DNA of 64,000 nt. Source: Podospora anserina. Taxonomy: Eukaryota. Of the stretch, positions 40,500 through 54,436 are shown one piece after another; the stretch's first letter is position 1, and each line of letters opens with the position of its first letter. Under the pieces are notes generated by a model that was given only the letters and a program-made list of their open reading frames with translations, did not search any database and was not told where the DNA came from. The DNA is taken from positions 620,001 to 684,000 of the forward strand of contig CM030334.1 in the NCBI GenBank assembly GCA_017654855.1, in the 5' to 3' direction. The translations under genes were made by a program, and so were the position numbers.

Positions 40500-42948
40500 G
40501 ATAAAAATTTAATTTAAATACATAATTCATCATATATACAATTCTATCATTAACTATGTATAAAAGAGTTCACTATTCCCCAAAAATACATTGCTTAAAA
40601 AGACGCGATAGTTTAAAGATAGAAAAAAAAGTATGAAAAAATATACGTTTTTCTAAATAGAGTAAAGGCAGAGGTAGAGTCGGAAAATTAGTAATATAGA
40701 ATTGAAAAAGTAATTTAAAAAAAGCTTAGAAATAAGAGGGTAAAAGAGCTAGCTAAAGAGATTTATTCTACATGTTTTTATGTTTATCTTCAAAGTAATT
40801 TCCATTTTTCATAAGAAAATTACAACAAAATAAATATTAAAAAGAAAAGTTGAAATATTATTTAATACAAAGATAAATGACATGATAGTTAAGAAGCTTA
40901 TTTGAAAATTGAAATAGATAGTTTTTTCAAAAAGAGTACCGGAGCGTAACGTAAAATATAGGAATAGCCACTTTACTCATTACTAAATTAATAAAGTGAA
41001 ATGTAAATAATAGAATGCTAAAGTAACCTTGGATAGTACCATTATAAGTCATACAAAAGCTAAATAGAAAAACATTACCTAATGGAATACACTATTAAAA
41101 TAATACTACGAAAAGATAAAATAATAATATATTACTACTTCTATTAAACACAAAACAAAGTATCATTTTGTATAAAATTAAACTCCGGTATATAAATAAT
41201 ATATTATATTAAAGTCTATATCCATTGTTACTAGTTATCAAGATTATATGGCCTAAGTTATCCAAGAATTATACGATTTTAATTTTCGAAAAGTTAATTA
41301 TAATAAGTAACGTGTATATATTTATAAGTAAATTATATTTTTGACTTTTATTTTGATATAATTGGGACTATTAACCTCTATATATTTTAACTTTTATTTA
41401 ATCATGAAATTAAAATTATGGTTTCTAATGGTTTTGAAAAATTTCAAAATTATTAAAAAGTCTTTTAATAGTATTAAATAATTTGAAATATTTATATAAT
41501 TAAATAATTAAAATAAATACTAAATTTATCCCTTTATTTAAAATACAAAGAATAAGTACAATACCGGGGTAATATAAGAATACCGGAAAAGAGTATAATT
41601 AATTATTTTTCCAAGGTAATAAAAGTATTTACAAAAACTAGTACATATTTATCTACTAACCCCAGAATCATTTACTTTCACCGCTATAGAAAAGTCCTAT
41701 TTGGATAAGTAATATAAATTGAAAGGTTTTCGGGATGTATTTTCTATATTTGTTTTATTAAAGGAAAACAACATAGTTAGTAAAGATTTATCAAATTTTA
41801 AAAAAGGTATAATATATAGAACATTAAACAAAATATCTGTTATATAATATAAATACCTCCTCCAATAAGGCCTCAATATTGTAATGGATAGTGAATTAAT
41901 TGAAGCAATAAAATCCCATTAAAACTATTGTTTATTCTGGCTATAAAGGATAGGGAAGGTTATGAATATTAAAGATCCGCCCAAAATGAATATATTTAAA
42001 CTAATAGATATATTATTCAAAGTAAATAGAAATGGTAAACTGTTTCAGGAATGGTTTTTTTAAAAAAGAAAAGTAAAGAATAATAGAGGGTTTTTAAATT
42101 TAAATATAAATAAAAATCGTTATATACTATGGTGAGAAATTCTAATAATATTTAACGCAAGAACAGTAATTCTAAATATTCATAGGGTACTATTAACGGT
42201 ATATCCTAGTGAATGGGAGTTGTCATTAATATATAAATCTTTATTCTTATAAATCTTTTAAATACCTATAAGAATACAATACATAAATTACATAACTTTG
42301 TTTTATCTCTTAATTAACTTCAATAGTTTGACAAGGAATTTTAATAAATTTCCATAGACTAAATATATGTTTAATAATTGTATAGTATTCATTGCTTAAC
42401 TTTCTCAATATCTATAGATGATATTTTTTCAAAATGGCTATAAAAAAGGTAAGGAACACATATTTTAAAAGCTTATATTTATTACCCAGGTTACTTTTTA
42501 AAATATAAAATCAATAATTTTACTCCAGTTTCACAAGTAAAAAATTGAAAATTATTACGATTAAAATAAACTTAATAATAGCCAATTATCTGATAATAGT
42601 TTATTAAGGGGAGAACAATAATTCACCTATTGATTAATTATTATCAAAGGATTCAACTAAAAATAATCTTAAAATTAAATATAAATCATGTCATATTTTT
42701 CTCAAATGGTATTATAATATCTTTTCTACATATATCTATTTTTTTTGAGCTTCTTTTAATTACAAGGTATATATACGGTTTTTCAAACACTTATTATTAT
42801 CAAAAATATTTAATAAAAAGTCGAGGAGAATATTAAAACGATCAAGGGTCATGAAAGGTATTTGAATGGATATATTGAAAAAGAAAATTATAAGAAAACT
42901 AAATAATATAAATATATTATTATTTATTGAAGCCTAATAGTAATTAAA
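40500..42948 (+). mobile_element. Old degraded Ty3/Gypsy pol (RT to integrase) of a different family, target of the 42949-50123 insertion
   Basis: Relics PWIVP (~SPWxxP, ~41030), KLNRKTLP (~41060), GL..(N)(A)P..F (~41365), DIFSKW (~42420), SDN(G) (~42590) and SNG (~42700) occur in the correct order. Confidence 0.65.
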
Positions 42949-45900
42949 TGTGACGAACCCCTGTACAGAGCCTCTGAAAAGGATACTGGTTGAAGGCTAC
43001 TTCTGACAATTAGTTCGGTGCGGCTAAACAGCGCACAACAAAATGTCTCAATATAAACACAAGATACTGTAAATACAAGCTGTGATTACATACTGCGGAA
43101 CTGTCTATCTATACTAGCCAGTTCCTCTGTATATATAGACCTGTTTATTACTATTATTATTAGTAATAATATTAATTATTACTTATTGTTTACCGAAAGC
43201 TAGTGATAATCGTGATTATTATTCTAGGCGCTAATAATAATCTAACTTCCCTACTTTTCTGTTTTAATAATTAGACGGGTCGCGCCCCGCGCTCCCTACT
43301 TATATTAGGTCCGTAATATAATGCCCCTCCTTTAAGTTAACGTCCCGTTAGTTTAGTTTTTTCGACTATATACGCTCTTCTCGCCTCCCTTCTCTTTTTC
43401 GTAGGTCTTCCCTTCTTATCCTTAAATAATCTAGCTAATACTATATTTATAGTAAAACCTTTATCGTCGTTTATATAATATTGTATTAAACTCGTTTAAA
43501 ATATTACTAAAAACGGTTTTTTTATTATACTTTATTTATAATATAATTTATAAAGGTTAACCTATTGTATAATAAATAAAGTAAAGCGTTATAAAGTTTA
43601 TATATATTATAGTTGTTTATATAATAATATTAGTGTTCCTATTTTATTATATAAGTCTCTCGTTACCTCTCTTTTCTTCTTTACTAATCTCCCTTAGTAA
43701 ATAAAATTATATAAGAGTAACGTTATTTTTAGGAGGAAGAAAAACGTACCGAAACTTTTCTAACCGAATACTAATAGAAAGCCTTTAAAATTTTAATTCG
43801 TTTATCGCGGGTCCGTTATTAACGCGAATTTCTTATAGATAAAGGAGCCGTTATAGTCGCCGGCGGCCTCTCTTCTCTCGACGAATTAAAAGTTACTGAA
43901 CGTATCGAATAGGAGGAAGTTGGGTAGACCGCGTAGGCTATCCCGTCGTTTAACGACGCTCCTCCTTTTAATCCTACTCCTTCGGGTCTTTCTTACTTTT
44001 CTTTCCTGGATCCTTCCTTAGGCTTCGATTAGCCTTCCGACGTTCCTTTAGACCTTAATATAGTCGGTCCTTCCTTTTTAATTTCCTAGGGTACTATCGA
44101 TAATATACTTTTTACTTTTTAAAGTAATTAAGACGCGTAATACTATTTATACTTAGGTCCCCTTATACCTTTTAACCTCGTAGTATAGTGTGTAGTACGC
44201 TAGCTACTATATCGAAAGTATAGGTTCGATTTTTATCGAGGTTCTTCCAGGTTTAGAAAAATCCTATAGGTTTTTTTAAGTTTAAGTATTATTTTATTAC
44301 TCGTTAGTAGTGCCCCTTCGACCTTTTTTTATAATAGTAGAGACGTATAATATTATTTGGGCCTAGATTCCTTCCTTCCTATTAACCTCGTAATATAGTA
44401 TATAGTACGTCGACCATTACGTCGAAAACGTAAGTTCGATTCTTACCGAAGTTCTTTAGTATTTACATTTATAAGTACTACCTATAATCCTAGGTATTAA
44501 CTTTTTATTTATTTAAATTTTAGTCGGTTTAAGTATTATTTATAAAATTCTTTTTCTTTATCCGGGTAATTAAGGTTTACCTTTACTTCCTACAAATTAT
44601 TTATAGCCCGATATTTTAATTAATTAATAAAATATTTTAATTAATCTTTATTAAACTATAAATTTAATATTTCTTTTATATTATATTCTTTTTCTTTATC
44701 CTCCGCTACTACCTATATATTAGCCTTACTTACCGGTAATACGGGTTTTAAAAATGAAATATAAAAAGTATATAATTTTAAATATATTATATTAAATAAC
44801 TTTAATTCGAATACTATCTCCGAGATTTTCCTTTTAACCTTAAATAAGCTTACTCTCCTATAATCTAGCTTCTTATTAGGTTTTTTAATACGTAAATTAT
44901 ATATAGAAAGGAATATTATATTTCCCCCCTTAAAGCAAGGTTCTTCAAGCCTTTTAGTATTATAGTATTTCTATATCCATTCCTTTATAAACTTTAGTTT
45001 TTATTTAAGCTTACCGTAAAATATATATAACTTATTAACTTTAACTTTAGCCTTAAGTACCTTAACGCTTAGTCCTTACCGTAAGTTTATTTTATATTTA
45101 AAGTTTATAAAGAATAGTATAACTTTAATTATTTTTATTAATAATATATTATATATTAATTATACTATAAATAATAATTATTTTAATTATTCTATTCGAA
45201 ATTAATATAATTCCGGAGGTACTATTTTATAATTTAGTTAAGCCGTTCCGTTTAACCGTTTATTTAAGGGTAATAAATCGAAAACGCTTTACTTATTACC
45301 CCGAGCCTTATTATTAACGCTCTTTAAAACTTTAATATAAATTTAATATCGCGGTTTATAATAAATTCCTTCGGCTATATATATATTACTATAATATACT
45401 ATAATTTATATTCGTTAGTTACTTTACCGATTAGGTTTCTTTATAAAGTAAAAAATATATTCATTTAGTAAGTTTATTAGTTACCGTTAATATATTTTTT
45501 AATTTTAGTAATTTAATAATAAAATTTATTATAATTAAATTTTATAGTCGTTCTGCTACTAATAGTAGCTCCAGAAATCCGTAAGGCCTATATTTTATAA
45601 TCCTCGTTTTCTCATACGTATACTATAATTAAATAGCTTCTTTAACGTCGTCCTTAATCTTTAATTAATTAAAATATTATTTAATCTTTTATATAGTTTT
45701 TACGATACTTTTATATTCTCCGAACTTCGATCCGTAAATCTTTATTATTAATACTATCCTATCGCTTAACTTTATATACGCTCGATTTTTATATTCTAGT
45801 CTTTCCTAATTATTTTTTAAATACTTTATAACTTTAATTCTTTTTATTATTATTATTCTATAATATTATTATTTAATTTTCTTTAATATTTATTAAAAGT

Positions 45901-48900
45901 TTTTTATATATAATATATTACGTAATACTTTATTTACGGTTAAAGTATATACTTAAAGGTATCTTCTAACGTCTTTTTAAACAATAATAATAACTCTTTA
46001 GGTACATCTTAATAGTAATTAGCTTACTAGTTAAATATGTTTACCCTAGCGTTTTCCGAACTCTTTTTATAATTAATTTACAAATTAAATTCCGAAAGAA
46101 ACTTTAATTATTATATTTATTATACGTTAAGGACCTCTATAATAATAAAGTATAATAGGTTTTTATAATCCGTATAAACCTATATTTTATAATTAATATT
46201 ATTAAAGTATAACCTTTATACCTCGAACGCTTCGATAATAGTAAATAGTTTTTATCGTAAATTAAATAGTTTTAACATACCCCTTTTAACTTCTGTAAAA
46301 AAAAAACTATTAAGTATAACTTTCTATTATTATTTTATTATTTTAATTACTTACCGATCGTATAGTCTAATATATTAGCCTCGACCTCGAATAGTTAATT
46401 AGAGTCTAGTAATTTAAGGACCGGGTCCTTTAAAATAATTTCTTTTAATTCCTAAAAAGCCTACTCCTTTTTTTACCCCCACCGGAATTTTATATTTTTC
46501 TTAATCCAGCGGTTAAATAGTCGCGCGATTCTTACGTATTAATAAATAAATATTTAATAGAAATTCGTAAACCCTAAAAAATCTTTAATATATATTTATA
46601 ACTATAACGTAAATTAATTTTCAACTACCGTAATTTTTTTAGGTTTTATATAAACCTTACTTAACGATATTAAATATCCTAAATATATTATTTTTTATAT
46701 ATAGAACTCGCTTTTCTCTTTATTAATTAAAAGTCCGGTTCTATATAACGCGTCGAATATCTTTTATACGTATCGCTTATATTTCTTTAAAGTACGTAAG
46801 TAAATAAAAACGTCGTTAAAATAATATATTATTATTTTATCAAGGTATTTCCGGATTATATAATTAAAGAGAGATTAGAACGTTACGGGTATATTAATTA
46901 ACCCGAATAGTATTACGAGATACTCGAAATGATTATAGGGTATACGAAACGCTATTCTTTATTTATCTTTTTCCTTAATCCGTATAGAGGCGTACCTGAT
47001 AAGTATATTTAAATATATAAAGTATTATACTTTAATTAATTAACTTTATAATTTAAATATTAATAATAGCGGATTACTATTTTTTACTATCTTATTATTT
47101 AGTTAGCGGTAGTTTATATATAGTCGTAAGCCACCGTTTTTTTAATATAAAGAATACAAAGTATCCTGCTAACGATATAGACTCCTTAATATATTCTTTC
47201 TTTAAATTCTTATTTAAATATTTCTATAATTCTTTACTTTACTTATCGTTAGTATAATAAACCTTAAATCACTATATTTTAGTTCTTTCTTTAATTTAAT
47301 TTTATAGTCCTACGGTCCTCGCTCTAAAAATCCCTTTAAATACTTAACTATAAAGGCTAATTATCCTCGATATTTTACCGGTACCGCTTTCTTCTTACCT
47401 TTTTCTATATTATTATAATAAATATATTTATTAACCTCCAATATTTTTATTAACGTTATTAACCTTATATTTTTAATTTTACCGCTTATATCGATAGAAT
47501 ATACTATTACTTTTTAGGCCCTTTACGGTAGTACTATAGAGGGTACTTATCTTACACTCTGCTTTATATATACTTCTAATCTCATATTGTTAACTAAATA
47601 CTTTTAAGATTCTTTTAATCGTAAGTAGCGATTATCTTTTTAATCGATATTTAAATTATAATCTTTATATTATAATTACTTTAGGATTATATCCTTCGAG
47701 TGTCCTATATTTATAATATCGAAAATAAATAAAGTTATTTTTCTTTTAACTATAATACTTAAAAGTAGTATTTTTCTATAAACTTTTTATATTAAAAATA
47801 ATCTTTATATAACGAAAAAAAAAAAAATTTAGTATTATTATTTAATATACGAACTATAGTAAAATTAAATTTATTTTTATATTTTTATTTATTAATATTA
47901 TTATTTAAATAACTTATTAATATATTATAATTTAAAAATATTTATTTTTCTTGCTTCCTTTTTATATAGTAGCGACTTCGTTAACGAGTACCGGGTTGTT
48001 ATCTTATACCTTCGCTTTACACCGATACTTCCGAAAATACCGTTTATAGTCCGGTAAAGGTTTCCAGCCCCCGCAAAGGGCCGCGAGTCGTTTCTTAAAC
48101 GGTTATATTGTTTAAGAGCGTCCTCCTACTCCGGGTTATTTAGTAACTTAAAGTTTTTTAACTATACCCGTTTAATTTCCTTTTATTTTCCGTCTTTTAC
48201 GTGTTTAGTATTCTTTTATATATATATCCGATAACAGTTTTTTTATTTAATTATTTATTTTACCGCTTCGCTTTACTAATATCCGATAGCTACGACCTTT
48301 ATAACTTTCGGTCCTTTCGATATAGTAATTACTACGATCTCCCTTTTCTATCCGAGTTATTTAAGTGTCCTACAGTCCTTTTTAAAATGTCTTGCTTTAC
48401 CGTAGTTAAAATACTTAAGGTTATCTCTACTTTAGCCCCGGCCTTACGGCCTTTACTATTAAATAATATCGATCTCCATAAGCCCTACGTAAATAGTCCC
48501 CGAGACGTAAGTCTCGTATAGCTATCTCTTCCTCCTATCGTTAAGGTGGTAGGGTCCTTATATACGCGTGCTTTTACGCTCTTTACGGCGCTAGTATTGC
48601 CGATCGTCGATACGGATTATTATTACGATATACTCGTCGATAGTCTCCGGTCGTTCTATTCGATATAGCTTATCTTTAACTTCTTCCTTAGGCCCGTTAT
48701 AGAATAATTATATTAATCCTTCGTCCTTAATTATACTATAAAATATATCCGTCTTAAATACTATAGCGTAATCGGTATTAAATCGAGTTTACTTAAGGTT
48801 AGTTAGTCGCTCCTAGGTACGCCTACCTTCGTTATATTCTCTAAATACCTCTTTAATTCTCTTCTTAAAGCCTTTATATAACTTAAAGTACTTTTTAATA

Positions 48901-50123
48901 ATATCCTCCCTCTTATTATACGTATTATAAAAATAATCTTTTAAAATCGGCTCGAACTATATAAGTATTATATCTTTAAGCTTAAACGTAGTATATATAA
49001 CCTTAGACTCTTTATCCGGGAAACGAGAAGGGTAGTACCGAAAATAAACTTTAAGTTAGATTAAGAATCCTCCTAGCTCTCCTTTTATACTTTTATAGCG
49101 ATCGTGTGACGAACCCCTGTACAGAACCTCTGAAAGGGATACTGGTTGAAGGCCACTTCTGACAATTGGTTCGGTGCAGCTAAATAGTGCACAACAAGAT
49201 GTCTCAATGTAAACACAAGATACCGTGAATACAAGCTGTGAATTGCATACTGCGGAACTGTCTATCTACACCAGCCAGTTCCTCCGTATATATAGACCCA
49301 GTGCCAAGCCTGGCACTGTCCTGGATCGATAGACTCGACCATCGATCCTATCGATACTGTCCCTTTTGGGATTGACTCCCCTGGATCGATCCTCGATTCC
49401 ATTGATCCTGTTCTGATTGGTCCGTGGTGCGCCCCTCGCCCCACCAAGTGTCATTGGTCCGTGGTGCGCCCCGCGCCCCACTAAGTGTCAAGCCGTGACA
49501 GATCGGGTACTTCGAGCTTAATACGCTTTCCTTCCCTACGTAAGGTGTTAATTTCCTCATAGAGTATAGCGTTTTCCTACGTAAGGGTATCGTGGGAAAG
49601 GCGTGATTTATCCTTAAGCTTTTAGTTACGAGCGAGAAGCTAGTCGATAGTAAGTTAAGTCGATATCCCTACTTAAGTATTAACGTTTCCGGCTATAGCA
49701 TTAACTTATCGCTTTTGGTTTATTCGTAATAGAGTTGAAGTAAGTATATAACGTGTAACGAACCCCTATATAGAACCTTTAAAAGGGATATTAGTTAAAA
49801 ACTACTTTTAATAATTAGTTCGGTACGGCTAAATAACGTATAATAAAATATTTTAATATAAATATAAAATACCGTAAATACAAACTATAATTATATATTA
49901 CGGAACTATCTATCTACATTAGTTAGTTCCTCTGTATATATAGACCTGTTTATTACCATTATTACTAGTAATAATATTGATTATTACTCGTCGTTCACCA
50001 AAGGCTAGTAATAATCGTAATTATTACCCTAGGCGCCAGTGATAATCCAATTTCCCCACTTTCCTGTTTCAGTGATTGGACGGGTCGCGCCCCGCGCTCC
50101 CCACTTATGTCAGGTCCGTGACA
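42949..50123 (-). mobile_element. Full-length Ty3/Gypsy chromovirus element G with 370-bp LTRs (42949-43318, 49754-50123; U3 type epsilon, U5 type 2), TSD TTAAA, RIP-inactivated
   Basis: Perfect 5-bp TSD and matching LTRs. RT relics AFR(T)PY(G)HFEYLV(M)(P)FGL(T)N(A)P(A)TF (~46880-46955) and YF(D)DVFIY (~46800-46825), chromodomain relic at ~44540-44700, PPT CTTAAAGGAGGGG at ~43324-43336. Confidence 0.95.
49105..49500 (-). mobile_element. LTR H: solo LTR (U3 type zeta, U5 type 2) nested in gag of element G, TSD GATCG
   Basis: TGTGACGAACCCC...CCGTGACA with GATCG on both sides, almost unmutated. A 37-bp tandem duplication lies at 49416-49489. Confidence 0.95.
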
Positions 50124-53100
50124 TTAAAATCTTAAAAAAAGATATATTGGTTACTTTTGTAGTTAATTTTTGTTTTTAATAATATAATAGGATTACTATA
50201 ATAGAATCATAGTTAAATATATTTATTAATTGGAAGTACCGAACTTTTAAATAGTTATTAAAGTATTTGCAAATAATTAATTAAAAAAGTCTATTATAAA
50301 TTCTGACTAGGCTAGGTTATTTAAAACCTCTTTATAAAAAAGATATTAGACGGTTTAAAGTAGTAAAGGCTAAGTAAAATTCTTATTGATTAAATATATT
50401 GTAAAAATTATAGTATTAAGTCAATTAAAAATGTGAGGGTCCGGATTTAGAATAGTACTATACGGATAATTTTTGAGATTTGTAAATAGTTTTAAAAAGG
50501 ATTTTTAAAGAAAATTTAAATCAGGTGGGGTAGTTAATTTACTTATAAGGATAGCTAAGTATAGTAGTATTGGATAATTCTAACTTAAAAACTTTAATTA
50601 ATAGAAAAACAATGAAAGTAAAGTTGAGTCTCAGATAGTTAATGTTGAAAGGAAAGTAAAATATATAGAATCATATTTAATATAATGAATGTAGTGAATA
50701 AAATAAAAGGGTAAAAGCATATTGGAGTTTAGTTTTCATTTTAAAATGTAAGCAGATAGAGTATAGGTATATTCAATGTAATAATCTAAATATAAAAATT
50801 GAAAATCTAACCATATTAGTTAATAAATCTGCAAAGATATTCTTCTTTTATTTAAAACGTAAATCCCCTCACGGTTTAACTTTTACCTTGAATTTTTAAA
50901 ATTTTACTAATTAATAATTATATTGTTTTTATACAATAAATATATTAGTAAAAAAGTTATTCCGCTCTTATATATATACATCTTTACTTAAAAAGAGAAC
51001 CTAAACATTTGGAACATTTATATTTATAATTCGAGGTAAGTTGTTCCTTAGGGATTATAATACTAAATAATTATGCGTAGGATATTCGGTTAAGATTATA
51101 AAAAGAGTAAGGATTAGCGATTAGGATTAAAAATCAATGATAAGGTTACGGCTAATAAAATATACCAAGGAATATAGGTAAGGTAGCATAAGAATATTTT
51201 AAAAAGACAAGTGGGTCACATAGGGATTTTGGTCTTTTTCTCATTATTTTATAATTATTTTAATTATGGAAATATAATATGGACCCTAACCTATTCAAGC
51301 TATATTTTCGTGATACTTTATAAAAGATTTTAAATAAGAAAATGATTAGAGTAATTAATTGAAGTAGAAAAGAAGAAGTTGGTTGTTAGTTAAACGATAT
51401 TAATATATTTAAATTAGCTACTAAAAGGACTAGTTAGTAGCCCTAATAATAAAATTAGAGCAGTTTTTACTTTCCATGTACTACAGTAAAAGTAAAAATA
51501 CTTTATCTTACAAGGGCATAAGAATTTGACCGAAGCAAAGCTGCAATATAAATATATCGTCTCTTCCAAGATACTAAATTAACGAAAAAAAACTCCGCTA
51601 CCGAAGCTCGGTAAGAAAGGCAGGCCCTATATAAGTTACAGTATAAAAAAGAACTAACTAATGGCTAAGTTCTTAGGGATTATAAACTAGGGCCGTAGTA
51701 TTACCCCACTATTCGTTAAGCATACGTTACTAAATAACGCATAAAGAATTAAATAAACTTCTATGAAAAATATTAATATCCGTCAAAAATTATTATTTTT
51801 AATAATATTAGCGTTTACTCTATCTTTAATACTGATACTAGTATATTTATTTTTAAAACTAAAGATATACTAATTAAACTAATAACATTAATATCTATTA
51901 GCACGTCTACTAATCTTACATAAGAAGTAGGAGTATTATATATCTTGTTAGATAAAAATAAACTACGTTACCGTAAACTACTAACCTTCTAAAATATTTT
52001 AATAAACTGATAAATAGTAAATATAATAACATATATATTTAACTGGATATATGAATCTTTATCAATAATCTTATATAAAAAGCTTATTTATTACGGTAGA
52101 AGAGAAACGTAGATCACTAGGAAAGTATATGGTTAGGAGGAAGAAGTGTACTTAATGAATTATTAAAAGTAATAAAGATATCAAGAAAAATCATTATGTA
52201 GATATCGTCCAACTTTCGAGTTTTTTACTTTAATCTCCATGATAATTCTCCTGTTTGTGGAAATGTAGTTGTTTAAATCTATACAAGTAGGGGAATACGT
52301 TAATAATTCAAAATATTCACAAATTCTTTTAATATTATAGGTATAAGTTATAGATTTACCATTTAATTTTGAAAAGAAATTTGTATTATAATATTAAAGT
52401 TAAAAGTTTTTATAGTAAAAGTCTTCAATTAATATAGTATTTACAAAAGTAATAATTTATTATTGAAGACTTACAAAAATATACGGTTTTGAGAATCCTA
52501 GATGATATAATTAATAATGTTAATGATAAAAATAATTATATATTTTTATAAGATAGTTGGAAAGTTGAAAGAATTGAAAAGTAATTTTAAAGTGATTTAG
52601 GATAGTGGAAAAAAAACCATTTTATTAAACTATTGTAATTAAAAGTTCAAAAGTTCAAGAAAATTAAATTAAAAGTCTTTTTATAACATAAAGCTTTAGA
52701 AAAAGCATTCCTACTTTGATCATAATGAAAGTATTTTAATTACCATTAAATAAAATTCCAATTTTTGAATAACCGATAGAATATAAAAATGATATTATTT
52801 ATAATTTTAAAAAGTTTAAAAGATTAGTAGTAATTTTCCGATTCATTATAATAATGTTATCAAATATATTTAAAAATAATAATCCTTTTTTGAAATAATT
52901 TAAGGTAAAGGAGAAGTTTCCATTAGGGCTTTGAAAGGTGTTGTAAAGACAATATCAATACTATAATTTTTCGATATTTAATATATTTAGAAAATAACTA
53001 ATTGTTTCTAGAAAATTGATATTTAAACATTTAAAATTCACATTGTAGTGTATTTAACTGAAATACTATTAAATAGAAATTCCAAAGAATTTAAAAGTTT

Positions 53101-54285
53101 TCTTGAGAGATTCCAAGAGTTTAAAGGCAATATATTATGAATATTCAAAATACATTAGTAGCATTTTAAAGTTTTGAATAGTTTTTAATGTCAATTTCTT
53201 TTTATGTATTTAAAATTGTAATGAATTTTTAAATAGAGTTTTGTATTATACGTAAGATCTTTTTTTTCTATATTTTAGTTTTGTGAATAATATATAATGA
53301 AAGAGTAAAATATAAAAATCTTGATGGAGCTAATTAATAAAAACTTTACCTTTTTAGTAAAAGACTGTTTATAAACTTAAATTTCTATATTATTACGAAT
53401 ATTTATGTTCATTAATTCATTGCTTATAATGAATCAGATAATATATATATAAATAGAATTTACAGATAAAATTCAATTTTTTAAGAACATTAGCTATAAA
53501 TGTTAAAAAAGAGTTAAATGTTACTAATCATAGTTATAGTGAATAAAGAGAAAGATTAAAATTATATAATAAAATACCATAAATATAACTATAACTAATA
53601 ACGTAAAATTATAATATTTATAGAGAATAAAGGTATAATGAAAACTTATTAAATATTAATCTTAATAAAAATACTAATCTTTTAAAAGTTGGTTCATATA
53701 TTGAAACCTACTATTACGATATCTTATTAAGCTTTTTACAAATTTCAAAGGTTTTATACACAATATTGAAAATAGTTAAAACTATATTTCATTTAATAAA
53801 TTTAAACTTTAAGGTATTTACATTATAATCAAAATTATATTTCAAGAATCTTAAGTAATAATTAGTTAAACGAATAATCTAAATTTTAATATTCATTTTC
53901 TAGTGCCTGAATTCATAAGGATTAAATTTAATATCATATTTTATAACCTTCTATTGTGTTTTAAAACCTAAATAATATGGTAGATTCTATAACGTTTGAT
54001 GCAGAAAGAATTTGAAATAAGCATATATTTATATTCAAAGTTATTAAAAATAATTATAAAATATTATTCGCCTTTTATAAGTAATAATAAACTTACTTGA
54101 AAAGTATTTTAAATAATATTAAGAAAACACTTTCAAATCATGTAATAAACCTTAAATTATAACTTTAGGTTTTTTAATAAAGCAAATCTAAATAAGAAAA
54201 GTATTATTATTAAATCTAGAAATTATTTAAAAGATTTAAACTCTTACCATTCAAGAATAACAAATATTTATTAATCACAATCGTT

Positions 54286-54436
54286 TATTAAAAATAATCA
54301 GCAACACAGTGAGTGCTAAGTGATGGTGGCTAACATGCAGTACATGTGAACTGAATTGAGTTGAAGAAGTTAGAGGAAGAAGAGTCTATATAGTGGTGTG
54401 AGGTAATATAGTGCCTAGCCTATCCGTCGCCCAATA
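54286..54436 (-). mobile_element. Possible short (~150 bp) solo LTR, Copia-like
   Basis: GC-richer island with termini TATTAA/CCAATA (TGTTG...CAACA after RIP) and an internal TATATAG followed by a CT-rich tract on the minus strand. The TSD is not clean. Confidence 0.4.

Noticed and set aside
40212-41032. MITE or hAT element with ~120-bp TIRs; also a Penelope-like RYxDD at ~41185
   Set aside because: The inverted similarity extends ~1 kb with no TSD, and the surrounding motifs and their order fit Ty3/Gypsy RT and integrase.
44120-44225. Apparent Zn2Cys6-like spacing after undoing RIP
   Set aside because: The duplicate copy has CGT (Arg) at the supposed Cys codons, which RIP cannot create from TGT. 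A different frame is the conserved one.
51500-54280. Possible Copia gag-integrase relic (LVH motif near 53690)
   Set aside because: A single weak motif is not enough to call an element.
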